The position numbers and the translations under genes are program-made. Positions 27,374-39,942 of a stretch of 64,000 nucleotides of DNA are shown piece after piece. The stretch comes from Eledone cirrhosa (Eukaryota): the NCBI GenBank assembly GCA_964016885.1, contig OZ024750.1, positions 40,486,001 to 40,550,000 on the forward strand. The letters are read 5' to 3'. The notes under the pieces were generated by a model that was not told the origin of the DNA, did no database searches, and saw only the letters and a program-made list of their open reading frames with translations. Within the stretch, counting starts at the first letter, position 1, and the number at the start of each line of letters is the position of its first letter.

Positions 27374-28588
27374 GTTTAATATAAGCTAAATTCGATGTTT
27401 TTCTATCCACTTTAAATTAGGACATACATGATTGTGGGTGGCCTCCTTCAATACACGTTCCCCATTTTCCAGTTTCTAACTCCATTCTTTACATCTCCCC
27501 TCTACCGCTCTCCTCACACATATGTCTGTGTGCGTGTCTGCGTGTCTGTGCATGTCAGTATGTGAGTGTATGCCAGTGTGTGTCTGTATGAATGACTGTG
27601 AGTGTGTTGTATATTTTGTAAATGTGTATAAAACAGGTATACTTGGCCGTTTAAACAAATCTTAATAATGGTATAAATTGTCGTCTTCTGCTTCTCTTTT
27701 ATAACAATCACTTAAATTATCTTCGCCGACCGTGCAGTAATTGTGTTTAATGAATACTGCACTAAAATACCAAATGAAACAGACGATAGATATTTTCAAG
27801 TTCTCACACATATCTGTCGGTTTGATCGGTTGAATTTGAAAGGAGAACTTCAATGGTCAGCTGCCAGTGCCGAAGAAACAAAGTCGTAGTAGAGAACAAT
27901 AGCCACCAGATTCATTTACTGAAAAAATACGAGGCTATTCAACTTTTCCTTCACCCCACACTTTTTCTTTTTCTTTTTGGCTTTGTTGTTTCAATGGTTG
28001 GTTACGGATATCTTTATTCACAAGTTTGTAATAGTTATCCTTTGTTATCCATACTATTTCTCTCATTATTCCTCCTCTTTTAAACAGGTGGACAAATTAT
28101 AAAAAAAAAAAAAAGAAAGAGTTGTTTAATATTAACGCATGAAACTGTAATGGTGGCCATGATTAATGGGAAGGCGAAGTCAGAAGGTAGAACAATGTGT
28201 AGTGTAAACGAATGAGTGATAATGGTGGGGATGATTGGGACGGGAGAGGGTTAAAACTGATCAAGGAAATACCTCAACGTTAATAAAAGAAGAAAAACTA
28301 TCAGAAAGTTATAGTAAAAATAAAACGCTATGTTTATTAGACAAAATATTAATTCTATTGTTCCAAGTTATAGATCAGAGATGTAATTTGGTCCGCCTTA
28401 ATAAAGAACAAGTTTCGATTCCAAAATGTGAAAAATACAAATTGAAGTTCACCCACGACAATTATGAGTGTGTGGGCTTACCTAACAACATATTAGAAGG
28501 AAGATCCAGTACCTCCTTGTTGTGGTGTGTGATTGAATATGCGGATCTTCTGATCCATTTTTATTCTTTATTATGTCCTCTTTTCTTT

Positions 28589-28656
<68 letters not shown>

Positions 28657-29089
28657 TATTACCTAATAAAACTCCAAGAACAAAAGAAATGATAATAATA
28701 AAGTTCATATCTAAATGTGGGGAACAACTAAACTAAGATAGAAAACATCCAAATCTAAACACACAGTCGATTTCTGAGAGAGAGAGAACCGACCCCAGTA
28801 TTAGACTGGTGCATTTTTTATCGACCTCGAAAGGATGAAAGGCAAAGTTGACCTCGGCGGGATTTGAACTCAGAGAGCAGAGAGTTCGAACCAATGCCAC
28901 AAAGCATTCTATCCAACGTTCTAACAACTCTACCAATTCGCTAACTCAATTTAATAGATATAATGGTTTTTATAGAACTATTCGTTTATTTGAAAGCCTT
29001 TTACGGTTAAGTATATCATCTCTTATTAAATATGACATTGGAATTATTTAAATAACTCCATTATGAGTTATTTTAAGTAAAGTAAAGGG

Positions 29090-29465
29090 TTCTTAATTCC
29101 CGATGGAATTATAGGGGCGCCATCTTGAGACACAGTATGTCTTGTTGGGACACGTTCTCCGTCTCCAACTTAGTCGCTTCGGCCACAAACCCCGGTACTG
29201 CGGCCCGCAATGCAGAGGAAAGGAAGATAAACAAATACCGGGGATTGTCCGACCACTTCCTCTTCGCACTGGTCGCTGTCGAGACCTCAGGCATACTTGG
29301 GCCCCGTACTGCCGAGCTTCTCCGCAAGAACGGAACGTCAGCAGCCTGTATGAGGAAGGAACCCCGTGAGGTGGGGTGGCTATTGCAGCGGGTATTGCAG
29401 GCCGCGGGAATGCTTTTGCGGTCTTGTCGCGGGACGCAGCTCCAATGCCACCGCACCCTAGATTA
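29090..29465 (+). mobile_element. Degenerate CRE-like non-LTR retrotransposon endonuclease fragment
   Basis: WDTFSVSNL...AARNAEERKINKYRGL...FLFALVAVETSGILGP...EPREVGWLLQR / GRGNAFAV, the RLE C-terminal signature of CRE-type elements. Confidence 0.7.
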
Positions 29466-29719
29466 GAAACCATCACCCTCTCCCTTCCTCCTCCCCATTC
29501 TTCTGTGATCCTAGAGCCCTTGCTTTTCCATTCCTTTTCCGTTTTCATAATCACAAAAGACACTTGCATTTGTTTACAATAAAACATTTATATAATTAAG
29601 TATAACAATTGCAACGTCCACTTCATTTTTATTGCTACTCCATCGTCTTCTTGGAGATGAACAAATTTAATATTTAATATTCCTTTATATAAAGCTACAC
29701 CACCATATGTTCGGTCGTC

Positions 29720-29938
29720 TTGTAACAGAAGAGAGGGGGAAAGAGCAGCTTTGTAACAAATGAGAGGGGGGAAAGAGCGGCTTTGTAACAGAAGAGAGGG
29801 AGAAAGAGCGGCTTTGTAACAGAAGAGAGGGGGGAAAGAGCAGCTTTGTAACAGAAGAGAGGGGGGAAAGAGCGGCTTTGTAATAGAAGAGAGGGGGAAA
29901 GAGCGGCTTTGTAACAGAAGAGAGGGGGAAAGAGCGAC
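29720..29938. repeat. About 30-bp minisatellite
   Basis: ttgtaacagaagagagggggaaagagcggct, 7 copies. Confidence 0.9.
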
Positions 29939-30417
29939 TACATTAGTTGGGAGTGTTAAAGTGCCATTCATAGAACAATGAAGAAAATTGCTTTTCACGT
30001 AAAGACATTGTAATTAGAGAATAGGAATTTAAGCTGGCAACTGGATCAGACAAGTGAGGAAGGGTTTTGTGAAGGGGCAATAGAGATCGTTGTCAAATGT
30101 CTGTTCATTGGAGCATGGTTAATGGGTGGGGTGGTTTGGCAAAAATACCCCCTCCCCCCAACAACTACAACAACAATAACAACAGCAAAACAGATGTTCA
30201 GGTGTGACGATATATGTGCTGTTTACTTGAGAGGACTGAAAGAATATCAAAGGAAATGTAATAAGTTAGTGAAGCTTGGAAATAAAGAGACGGGGAAAGG
30301 TGTTAGGATTTAAGAAATTATGACCAGCTTGATAAAATTACCAGCAAAGTGAAGTAAATTATGAATGGCATGGAAAAATTCTTAGAGTAACTATAAATGC
30401 CTTTCTAGAGAGACATG

Positions 30418-30474
<57 letters not shown>

Positions 30475-30693
30475 CATCTGGGATGGACACACGCGTATAA
30501 CTTGCTGAGTAAGTTCTGTTTAAATTTCTATAGAAATTCTTGTCTGATAACTTTAATTTTTGTACCATTTTGTAGAGGGACTGCCAGGTCAAACTTTGAT
30601 CTGGTCAGTCTCTCAAAATATTCTACGCCTTTAGGCGAAATAGTTAAACAAAAAAAAAAAGTTTTTTCTTGTTGAAAAGTCAATATTTTTTAA

Positions 30694-32484
30694 ATGGCCG
30701 AAGCTTCTTCACCAAAATTCGAAGGAGGAAAGGGGAAGATGAACTTACAGCTTCCCCCTGCCACTGTCACAGTAGCAGAGGTCAAGAAGAAAGGTCAGCC
30801 AGAGGAAGAATTCTCTCCACCTGTTAACCGACAACTTGACGTTGCCATGGCAACAACCCAAAGAATCAGCAGCAACAGCAACAACAACAACAATGCGACG
30901 GACGAAAACAACACCAATAACAATAACAATAACAACAACAACAAGACCAATAACGGTGACAACAACAACAATGATAACAACAACACCACCAACGACAACA
31001 ACAACACAAACAAACAAAATTTCTCCTTCGCCGAGACGACAAGGAAAACCCTCGACTATCTGCCAGTAGATATAACAAAAGCGAAGGAGCTACTGGCGGA
31101 TGCGAAAAAATATATAGTGTACGGGGAAAATGGTTCATTCACAATCCATTCCCCCCCGGAACTAAAAAGCCAGAGACTCCTAAACACGGTCATGTTTAGG
31201 ACAATCTCGAACAAAAGTAAAAAACCAGCTCAACCATCACAGAGTGAGATAGAGCTGGTTTTAAAAGACGTCATGAAGGACATCACCTTCATTCAGAAGG
31301 ATAGACTCTACGGGAGTCTATCCATTCTCATGAAGGACAGGGACACAGCAGTGAAACTGTCCATCAAACCAATCACATCCACCGCATACACCTTCTACCC
31401 TACGTACATGGGTAGAAGAACACAAAAAATAAAAATCCACACCATCCTGCCGATTATGGACATATGGTGGGTTTTGACAGGTTTTCTGGACCTGGAGGAT
31501 GACATGCTGGTGTCCATGGGAAAGGCATCGGGTGACGCGTTCAGTGGAACGAGCCTCGAACTTGTAGTTCAAATGAGGCCCGAAAGGATCGCCCAGATCC
31601 CTGAACGCGTCATACTGGATGATCTAACCTTCATCAACATTACCGTTGAGGGTAGACGGCCCTCGTGTTACCTCTGCGGAACCAGAGGTCACCTGAGGGC
31701 TGTCTGTCCCCAACTTAATAAGAAAACCCCAATCCTGCCTACACCACCAACAACTGCACAACCAACACAATCACCACAACTACCACTACAAAAACAACCA
31801 CCACAGCTCAAACCAAAACAAAACAATGTCCAACCCATCCCCTCCACTCAAAAAACAAAAACAATTTCCAAAACACCCGTACCGCAAACACAACCCGAAA
31901 ATATACCCCTCCCTTCCAACGCGGAAGATGACCCTAGTTCGTCGTCAGACGAGGAGGAGCACTTCCACACAATCAAAAGAAAAAAAAGAAAACACACCTC
32001 AGACACACAAATGAAAAAAAACCCTCCCCAAAACATAACACTAACACCAACACAAAAGAGCTCACAACAGCAAACAAAAAACACCACACAAAAACAAAAA
32101 CATGCATACACATACATAAATACAAGAAACAAAAAACTGTTAAACATTGTGTACAACAACAATCTAATAAAAACACAAGGGCCTAACTTCACCCAGGCAG
32201 GGGATTTCCCCCACCTCAAAATGATTAAGGCCCCACAGGACACCTATAAAACTTTAAAAAACAATTTTAAAGAGGACGTGGGTCCCCCCTGCGTCGGGCC
32301 CATTAACCGCGTCCTCCTAAAAAACTATCCCACCCCCTCCCCAAACACCCACACAACTCCAAGCTCCCCAACCACACAACACACTGATGCCCCCACACTT
32401 CCACAAACCACCACCCCACCCAACAACCCATCCCCCACCCTAATGGAAATTGTGCAGCCCGATACCCGGGACGCAGAGAGGTAA
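30694..32484 (+). CDS. LINE ORF1p, gag-like nucleic-acid-binding protein with CCHC zinc knuckle
   Basis: 596 aa, VEGRRPSCYLCGTRGHLRAVCP knuckle, poly-Asn N-terminal tract, basic KRKKRK patch, Pro/Thr-rich tail. Confidence 0.9.
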   Translation: MAEASSPKFEGGKGKMNLQLPPATVTVAEVKKKGQPEEEFSPPVNRQLDVAMATTQRISSNSNNNNNATDENNTNNNNNNNNNKTNNGDNNNNDNNNTTNDNNNTNKQNFSFAETTRKTLDYLPVDITKAKELLADAKKYIVYGENGSFTIHSPPELKSQRLLNTVMFRTISNKSKKPAQPSQSEIELVLKDVMKDITFIQKDRLYGSLSILMKDRDTAVKLSIKPITSTAYTFYPTYMGRRTQKIKIHTILPIMDIWWVLTGFLDLEDDMLVSMGKASGDAFSGTSLELVVQMRPERIAQIPERVILDDLTFINITVEGRRPSCYLCGTRGHLRAVCPQLNKKTPILPTPPTTAQPTQSPQLPLQKQPPQLKPKQNNVQPIPSTQKTKTISKTPVPQTQPENIPLPSNAEDDPSSSSDEEEHFHTIKRKKRKHTSDTQMKKNPPQNITLTPTQKSSQQQTKNTTQKQKHAYTYINTRNKKLLNIVYNNNLIKTQGPNFTQAGDFPHLKMIKAPQDTYKTLKNNFKEDVGPPCVGPINRVLLKNYPTPSPNTHTTPSSPTTQHTDAPTLPQTTTPPNNPSPTLMEIVQPDTRDAER

Positions 32485-32508
32485 GTGCCTTTTCTCTTCA
32501 CCACCAAC

Positions 32509-35500
32509 ATGGCTATGCTAAGAGTAGGCTGTTTAAATGCGCGTGGCCTGGGCTCAACTTGGAAGCAAGCAATGCTTCTAAATGACCTCAGGTCACAACG
32601 TATAGATGTGATGGTTATTTGCGAGGCCCGGATCAGCAACGTGCGACAGCTGGCCCCCACCTTTGATGACTTTGAGATGCACGCATCTCTCTGTCAGCCC
32701 GGAGGTGGGGGTGGAGTTGTCGTTCTGCTGCAAAAACATCTGGGTCTCGCAACACAGATGGTACATTTGGACCCGGAGGGTCGACTAGTGGTTCTGGACC
32801 TTGGCAGTGGTAAAGGCGGAGCGTTTAGGTTGGTAGCCGCCTACGGCCCTTTCGGGTCAATGCGGCCGGACTTCTTCCATCGTCTGGAGACTTTTCTGGG
32901 GACGTCCCGCTCCTTGCTATTAGTGGGGGACTGGAATGGTATCCTAGATGCACGCTGGGACTACGTAGGGGCCTGCCCCGATAGAGAGGGGTGTAATAGC
33001 CTCAAAGGGTTAATCGGTCGATTTGACCTGGCCGATAGATATCGACTAGATTTTCCGACTGCGCCAACCTGGACTTGGGCAAATCGTAGCGGATCATCTA
33101 GGTCGTACCTAGATAGGTTCTTAGTTAGAATTAAGGATAAGGACTTTTTAAGTTGTCCAAAAATGCGCATGGTTGGCTATTCAGACCACAAATTAGTGAC
33201 CTGCATGGTCAACCTTGACAGAACTCATAGACAGGGCCCCGGTTACTGGAAGCTCAACTTGTCCTTGCCGGCAAGTAGAGCCTACAGGAATCGGATTAGT
33301 ACGTTAGTTAAGGAACGGTTGACTGGAGCGATCGTCAACAGCAGGTGGTGGGTATCTCTAAAGAGAGAGATTAGAGTAGTCTCGATAGAATTTAGTAAGG
33401 TTCTAGCTGCGGATAGGAATAGGAAGGAAAGGGAGCTAATAGATAGAGTAGAAGAGGCAATTAGAAGCGGCGACGTGGCCAGAGTGCTAGCGTCGAGAAC
33501 GGCTTTGAGCCAGTTTTTCGACGCGAAGCACGAAGGCTGCGTTGTCCGAAGTAAAATACGTGCTCTAGGGAACGAGGGGACCAAAGCTGTTAGCTGGGCC
33601 CGCGTGACAGAGGCCAACAGTGGAACTAAATCCACCATCCGGTCTTTGCGAGACCTGGATGGACGGGCGATTCTTGAGCCTAAGCAGATGTGTGAGGCCT
33701 TTCAAAGGCACTTTGCCCGACTGTTCGGGAGGGGCGGGGAGCCGGTTGGGAACGTGGACTTCGGTCCATACCTCGACGGCCTGCCGCGCCTCTCGGACAG
33801 GGAGGCGAAGTCCTGCGAGGAGCCGATTTCGGCCGCTGAGATAGAGGACGTGCTGAGCCAATGCGGCAAACGCAAATCCCCGGGTCTCGATGGTCTTCCT
33901 TACGAATTATATCTAGCTATGCCGGACTTGTTCCCCGATCTCCTCGAGGCGGTCTACTGCAACTGGCAACAGAACGGGAGAATTCCCTGTACTGTGACCA
34001 AGGGCGTAGTCACGCTAGTGAGGAAGGACGAGAACAAGGGGGACGAAATAAGTAACTTCAGGCCCATAACACTGCTAAATACAGAGTTACAGATTTTGGC
34101 CAAGGTGCTAGCAAAGAGGTTGGCGCTTGTCGTGGGCAACCTGGTGGGAGATGCGCAGACATGCGCTATCCCGTCCAGGTCCATCCATGACAACCTCCAC
34201 CTCATGCGATACATCATAGAGAGGGTTGGGAACGAACCCGGCTTTGGTGGGGCTCTGATCAACTTGGATCAATCTAAGGCGTTCGATAGGGTCGACCATG
34301 GTTACCTGGATGCGGTGCTAGCGGCGGCAGGCTTCGGACCCGTTTTCAGGGGCTGGATCACTGCTATGCACAGCAGCCGCATCTGCTCTAGGGTCAAGGT
34401 GAACGGCTACCTCTCGGAGCCGTTCCAAATCGCGCGGTCCATCCGACAAGGGTGCCCTCTCTCCTCCCTTCTGTATGTGTTGACTCTCGAGCCACTACTG
34501 CGGAAGTTGGAGTTGTTGCAGGGCATCCCCTTGGAACCGGGATTGCGGAAAGCGGTGTCGGCCTACGCCGATGACGTAACAGTAATGGTGTCGACGGCCT
34601 CCGAAATCGAGGCGGTCGGCACCTTACTGGAGGAGTACGAAAGGTTCACAGGGGCTAAGCTGAACCGGGACAAGTCGATCGGTTTGCAACTCGGCACGTG
34701 GAGGGGCAGACCGATGCCCTCCGATAGCGTCGTCGGACGCTGGACGGAGGGCCCGGTGAAGTTGCTCGGGGTCTGGTTCGGACCGGACCTCCAGGTGGAG
34801 AAAAACTGGGCGGAGGTTACGAACAGGGTGTTTGCACTGACCCAGAAGTGGGCCAGTTGCAAACTATCCCTGAAAGGTCGGGCGGAAGTGGCGAACACCT
34901 ACATAGCGTCCGTCATCTACTACCGCCTGACCGTAGTGCCCTGCCCAAGGGAAACCCTCACCAAGATGGAGCGCGCGCTCTTCCAATTCCTTTGGAAGAG
35001 GCGGGCTCCTATGGTGAGGAGATCCATCTGCTGTCAACACCCTTCGAAAGGAGGGCTGGGGATGCCGTGGCTAATGATGCGTAAACACGCATTAAGGCTA
35101 CGGCACCTCTACGTATTCCTCACCGGACAACCGGTGTGGGCCTCGTTTGTGAGACGAACCTTTCCCAGACTCGTCTCACTCACCGAGCTGCAATCCTGGG
35201 TCAAGCAAAGACCGAGAAAACTGGGCGCCTGGCACACTGAGTGTGCCCAGGCTCTCACCGCCCTCTGGCAGGCGGATCCGGTTATCAGTGGAGACTCCAC
35301 CGCAACATTCTATAGAGGGCTGGTACGCAGCAGGTGCGACGACGCCCTCGGAGAAGCCCTAGACATGGAGGAGGACGAACTGGCCAGCCTGTTCGGTAGG
35401 ACATTCAGCCCAGGACCTATGGACAACTTCCAGAAGTCCCTGGCCTGGCAGTGCTACCGAGGGGCTTTACCCGTTCGAGAAAGGCTCTACAGACACGGGC

Positions 35501-35946
35501 GCCCGGGTCGGGACCCCGCCAAAAAGATCTGTCCCAGATGCGTGTGCGACGAGGAAACCGTTGCACACGCATTGGTACACTGCTCGGGCGTAGCCGATCT
35601 GTGGGGCTATGTCGAACAACTGCTGTCAAGGGTGGGACCGATCCGGTTGACCACCGAGTCTATTGTAATGATCAAGCCGCCTCCCCCCTTCAAAGATGAA
35701 GCAGAGGCGGTGTTTCTGTGCGTAATAGCCATGGCGAAAGAGGTTGTATGGTGGACGCGTCTGAAAGGACTGAGGTCAGGCACCTTTCTCTCTGGCCAAC
35801 AACTGGTCCGTTTCTTCCGATATCATTTCGGAAGAAGGATCAGGATGGAGAGAGAGGTGCTGCACCCCAGTCGTTTTTATGAAAGATGGGTGAAAGTGGC
35901 GAGAATGGCCCGTGTGAATGGGCCTTCACTCTACATCAGACTATAG
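32509..35946 (+). CDS. LINE ORF2p: APE endonuclease, reverse transcriptase, C-terminal zinc finger
   Basis: First ATG at 32509 (MAMLRVGCLNARGL). GDWN, YLDRFLV, SDH (APE); KSPGLDGLP, FRPITLLN, DQSKAFDRV, QGCPLS, YADD (RT); CPRC...ETVAHALVHC. Confidence 0.95.
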   Translation: MAMLRVGCLNARGLGSTWKQAMLLNDLRSQRIDVMVICEARISNVRQLAPTFDDFEMHASLCQPGGGGGVVVLLQKHLGLATQMVHLDPEGRLVVLDLGSGKGGAFRLVAAYGPFGSMRPDFFHRLETFLGTSRSLLLVGDWNGILDARWDYVGACPDREGCNSLKGLIGRFDLADRYRLDFPTAPTWTWANRSGSSRSYLDRFLVRIKDKDFLSCPKMRMVGYSDHKLVTCMVNLDRTHRQGPGYWKLNLSLPASRAYRNRISTLVKERLTGAIVNSRWWVSLKREIRVVSIEFSKVLAADRNRKERELIDRVEEAIRSGDVARVLASRTALSQFFDAKHEGCVVRSKIRALGNEGTKAVSWARVTEANSGTKSTIRSLRDLDGRAILEPKQMCEAFQRHFARLFGRGGEPVGNVDFGPYLDGLPRLSDREAKSCEEPISAAEIEDVLSQCGKRKSPGLDGLPYELYLAMPDLFPDLLEAVYCNWQQNGRIPCTVTKGVVTLVRKDENKGDEISNFRPITLLNTELQILAKVLAKRLALVVGNLVGDAQTCAIPSRSIHDNLHLMRYIIERVGNEPGFGGALINLDQSKAFDRVDHGYLDAVLAAAGFGPVFRGWITAMHSSRICSRVKVNGYLSEPFQIARSIRQGCPLSSLLYVLTLEPLLRKLELLQGIPLEPGLRKAVSAYADDVTVMVSTASEIEAVGTLLEEYERFTGAKLNRDKSIGLQLGTWRGRPMPSDSVVGRWTEGPVKLLGVWFGPDLQVEKNWAEVTNRVFALTQKWASCKLSLKGRAEVANTYIASVIYYRLTVVPCPRETLTKMERALFQFLWKRRAPMVRRSICCQHPSKGGLGMPWLMMRKHALRLRHLYVFLTGQPVWASFVRRTFPRLVSLTELQSWVKQRPRKLGAWHTECAQALTALWQADPVISGDSTATFYRGLVRSRCDDALGEALDMEEDELASLFGRTFSPGPMDNFQKSLAWQCYRGALPVRERLYRHGRPGRDPAKKICPRCVCDEETVAHALVHCSGVADLWGYVEQLLSRVGPIRLTTESIVMIKPPPPFKDEAEAVFLCVIAMAKEVVWWTRLKGLRSGTFLSGQQLVRFFRYHFGRRIRMEREVLHPSRFYERWVKVARMARVNGPSLYIRL

Positions 35947-36210
35947 GTGAGGAAGATGAAAGACCAAGGGAGCACCCCTTCTCTGTGCTCCTGAGGAGAA
36001 GGGTTGCACACTTTTTTCGGGGGTGTGTGCGACCTCCCAAGGCGCCTCCTCTCTATTGAGGATTTTGTTAAAAATTTTATTTTTTGTTATATCTTATTTT
36101 ATTTTTATATTTTGTTATTGCCTCCTCCTTATTGAGGACGCCTTTTTGTGTAAACTCCCCCCTTTGTACTTGTCCCACTTTTGATGCCCTAGTGGCAAAT
36201 AAAAGAAATA

Positions 36211-36268
<58 letters not shown>

Positions 36269-37262
36269 CCGAGCTGCAGTCCTGGGTCAAGCAAAGACCG
36301 AGGAAAATGGGCGACTGGCACATCGAATGTGCTCAGGCGCTCACAGTCCTCTGGCAAACGGACCCGGCGATCAGTGGAGACTCCACTTCGACATTCTATA
36401 GAGGGTTGGTCCGCAGCAAGTGCGACGACACACTCGGAGAAACTCTAGGCGTAGAGGAGGACGAACTGGCCAGTCTGTTCGGTAGGACCTTCCGCCCGGG
36501 ACCAATGGACAACTTCCAAAAGTCCCTGGCCTGGCAGTGCTACCGAGGAACCCTACCAGTTCGAGACAAGCTCTACAGACACGGACGCCCCGGTAAGGAC
36601 CCTTCGAAAAAAGATCTGTCCGAGATGCGTGCGCGACGAGGAAACCGTCGCGCACGCATTTGTACACTGCCCGGGCGTTACCAACCTGTGGGGCTATGTA
36701 GAACGACTATTGTCGCGGGTGGAACCAATCCAGTTGACCACCGAGTCCATTGTCATGATCAAACCGCCACCCTCCTTCAAAAACGAGGGAGAGGCGATTT
36801 TCCTATGTGTTATGGCTATGGTGAAAGAGATTATATGGTGGACGAGGTCAAAAGGGCCTTTCTCTCCGGCGAGCAACTGATTCGTTTTTTCAAATATCAT
36901 TTTGGAAGAAGAATCAGGATGGAGAGAGAGGTGCTGTACCCCAGCAAATTTTATAAAAGGTGAGTGAATGTGGCAAAGATGGCCGAGTGGTTGGGCCTTC
37001 TCTCTATATAAGTCTGTAGGTTGAGGAGGAAGAGAGGAAGGGAGTACTCACTCTTGGTGCTCCTGGAGATGAGGGTTGTACATTTTTCGGGGTGTGTACA
37101 ACCTCTGTGTAACGCCTCCCCCCTATTGGGGATATCAATTGTTATTTGTTATTTTATTAATAGTTTTATTTTCATATACCTGTATGTAAACTCGCCATTT
37201 GTATTTGTCCCCTTCTTTTGTGCCCTTGTGGCTAATAAAGAAATTTATCTATCTATCTATCT
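36269..37262 (+). mobile_element. Second, 5'-truncated and disrupted Tx1-like copy (sister subfamily) directly after the first copy's (TATC)n
   Basis: Homologous to ORF2 C-terminus from 35183 on. Frameshift near 36607, deletion near 36850, stop at 36961. Ends in (TCTA)n. Confidence 0.9.
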
Positions 37263-37271
37263 GTCTGTTTA

Positions 37272-37400
37272 ATATATAGTTTATTTTGATTTATTAATGT
37301 CAAAGTTTACACAATTTTTATGTAAGACCCCCGCCGTCACGTCTTGTAATGTTCCATTTATTGTACGCCCTTGTGGCAAATAATGAAACATATCTATCTA
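37272..37400 (+). mobile_element. Third, very short Tx1-like 3' end
   Basis: tgtaagaccccc...gcccttgtggcaaataatgaaacatatctatcta resembles the 3' termini of the two preceding copies. Confidence 0.6.
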
Positions 37401-37484
37401 GCCATTTACCTACCTACCTACCTGCTCACTTACCTACAAATCGATTTATCAACATGTATGTGTGTGTGTGTATGCATGTATCTA

Positions 37485-38032
37485 TGTCGGGTCATTCTTG
37501 AGTGCTACTAGTAACATGTAACCCAGTACAACCTGTCGCATGGTCGGGTCGTCGGCGACTAAACCGGCAACCCCACCAAGATTACTTGGTGAGGAGGGTG
37601 ATTTTGGACACCCTGCAGGAAAAAAACAAAACCTGACAAAGGGCAGAAGAACTCATAAGGGTCAACGGCCATCTGAAAGTGTGTAAATATGTATATACAC
37701 ATGAACCGCGTGGTTAAACCACTGGGTGTGAAGGACCCCTAGCCTTTGTCAGGACATTCTTCTAGGAGAAGGCAACTCAGGAAACTGGAATAATTCCGAT
37801 ATAAAACCTGTGGCTCAGTAGTTACCGATGATGTTGATCTTTTCTTCTTTTCGAGTTATAGCTACTGTCGCTCAGAGAGTGGGATTGGCTCAGTGTACAG
37901 TCTTTCCTCACTTCAAAAAATATCTTCACGCACAGGCATTGCACGATAGAATTAATTAATAATTATTAATAATGGTATATCGTGCAATGGCCATACTCGA
38001 TAACGAGGCGGCAGCCATCATGTATGTATGTA
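37485..38032 (+). mobile_element. Second family of RTE-related non-autonomous (ATGT)n elements
   Basis: ctaggagaaggcaactc motif. The 3' part matches 1876-2010 and ends ggcagccatcatgtatgtatgt. Confidence 0.7.
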
Positions 38033-39942
38033 TGCATGTGTGTATGCATGTATATATATATATATTTGATGAGTGCAGTATATGACTCCATAGCTATACC
38101 AAAACACTCTATCACCACTGGGCTTGTTGGTACAAAAGGAAAATGGTTTCTTTTAACCTGTTATCATTGTGTGAAAGGTTGAACAGGTTGAACAAGACGA
38201 ATGAGATTCTAATCTCTGGCAATTCTAACATAATTCAGTTTTCAGTTTAATCTACAATGATTTCTTCATTGTCACTCATTCATATTTTCTCAAGGAAACA
38301 ATATGAAATAAGTGTTTCTACTTTTGGCACAAGGCCAGCAATTATCCCAGTGCATTACTGGTACTTTATTTTATCAACCCTGTAAGGATGAAAGGCAAAG
38401 TTGACCTCGTCGGGATTTGAACTCAGATCATAAAGGGAGGTAACTCTATGCTTCAAAGCATGGCGTCCGACTCTCTACCGATACGGACAATCCACATATG
38501 AAATAATTGTTTCTACTTTTGGCACAAGACCAGCAATTATCCAGTGCATTACTGGTACTTTACTTTATCGACCCCGTAAGGATGAAAGGCAAAGTTAACC
38601 TCGGCGGGATATGAAATAATGGTTTCTGATTTAGGTAGAAGGCCAACTATTTTGGGAGAGGGGAAAGTCGATCAAATTGACCCCAGTACATTACTGGTAC
38701 TTTATTTTATCGACCCGATAATAATGGTTTCTGATTTAGGCACAAGACCAAAGATTTTAGGAGAGGAGGAAGTCAATTAAATCGACCCCAGTACGTTACT
38801 GGTACTATATTTTATCGACCCCCGTTAGGATGAAAGGCAAAGCTAACCTTGGCGAGATTTGAACTTAGAACGCAAGGGGTCGTAATTATATGCCACGAAA
38901 CATGGTCTCTGACGCTCTACCGATACTGCCAATCCATCGTCTTAACTATATGGAATAATAACGTAAGGACGGTGAAATGGCAGAATCGTTTGGGTATCAG
39001 ACAAAATGCCTTGCAGTATATAATTACGGCCATTTAGGTTCTGAATTCAAATCTTCGTAGTCAACTTTGCCTTTCATCTTTCCGAGGTCGATAAATAAAG
39101 TCCCAGCTACGTTACCTTGCTACCTGATTCCTCCAGCTGATGTACAGCAAAGGAGCCAATATTTGTCTCTACTTTGTTCGATTTTGAGAAGGTTTTGGAG
39201 TCTGGTGTCAGTTAGTCTTTCTTATACGTAGGTTTTCTTAGTTGCACGCCAAGCAATTATCGGTCTACTTGTAGATTTCTTGCCACCAAGTGGTATCCAG
39301 ATCATGGTAATCTTAGTAGACGATTATCAGGGAGGCGCAAGATATGACCAATAAATCGAATGCGCTTTTTGGTAACTATTCCATTTAGTCTGAAATACCA
39401 GTTACGTACTGGGTCGATATAACCCCCCCCCCTCCCGCCGCGCCCAATTCCTGGCCTTATGCCGATATTAAATTTATCATTTCAATCTGTCGATAAAATA
39501 AAGTCCCAGTAATACACTGGGTAATTTGCTGGCCTTGTGCCTAAAGTAGAAACAGTTATTATTTCAATCTGTACCAGATGAATTAAAAATGGATAATCTC
39601 CAGAAAGCCACTAAATCCAGTAAAGTATCCGACATTCAAACTTTACACAGGGAAATATCCGACAGAAATCACTTTAGACACCCAGTCCATTTAAATTGAG
39701 CTGAAAGTAAAAAGAATCTCCTTGAGTTCCTACTTAAGTGGGAATTACACTGTTAGAAGTCAAGCTACCTTTTCTACATTCTGACATCTTTTGAACTATG
39801 GCTCAGACACACACACATGCACGCACGCACGCACGCACGCACGCACACACTCACTCACTCACTCACTCACTCACTCACTCACTCACTCTAAGAATATGAA
39901 CATGTTCAATAAACCATATATTGTGATGGATTATAAACTTAC

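Larger units (their letters stand above)
30479..36210 (+). mobile_element. Full-length, apparently intact Tx1-like (L1 clade) LINE flanked by (TATC)n
   Basis: 5'UTR, ORF1, ORF2 and 3'UTR with aataaa. (TATC)n at 30418-30478 and 36211-36268. GC-rich relative to the host and antisense to the TSPEAR intron. Confidence 0.93.

Noticed and set aside
32479-32486. Perfect AG|GTAAGT donor overlapping the ORF1 stop
   Set aside because: No evident acceptor partner, and ORF2 has its own ATG 24 nt downstream. It is antisense to the host gene and probably chance.
32485-32508. ORF-track start of ORF2 at GTG 32485
   Set aside because: In a eukaryotic element the first ATG (32509) precedes the conserved APE start motif and is the more plausible start.
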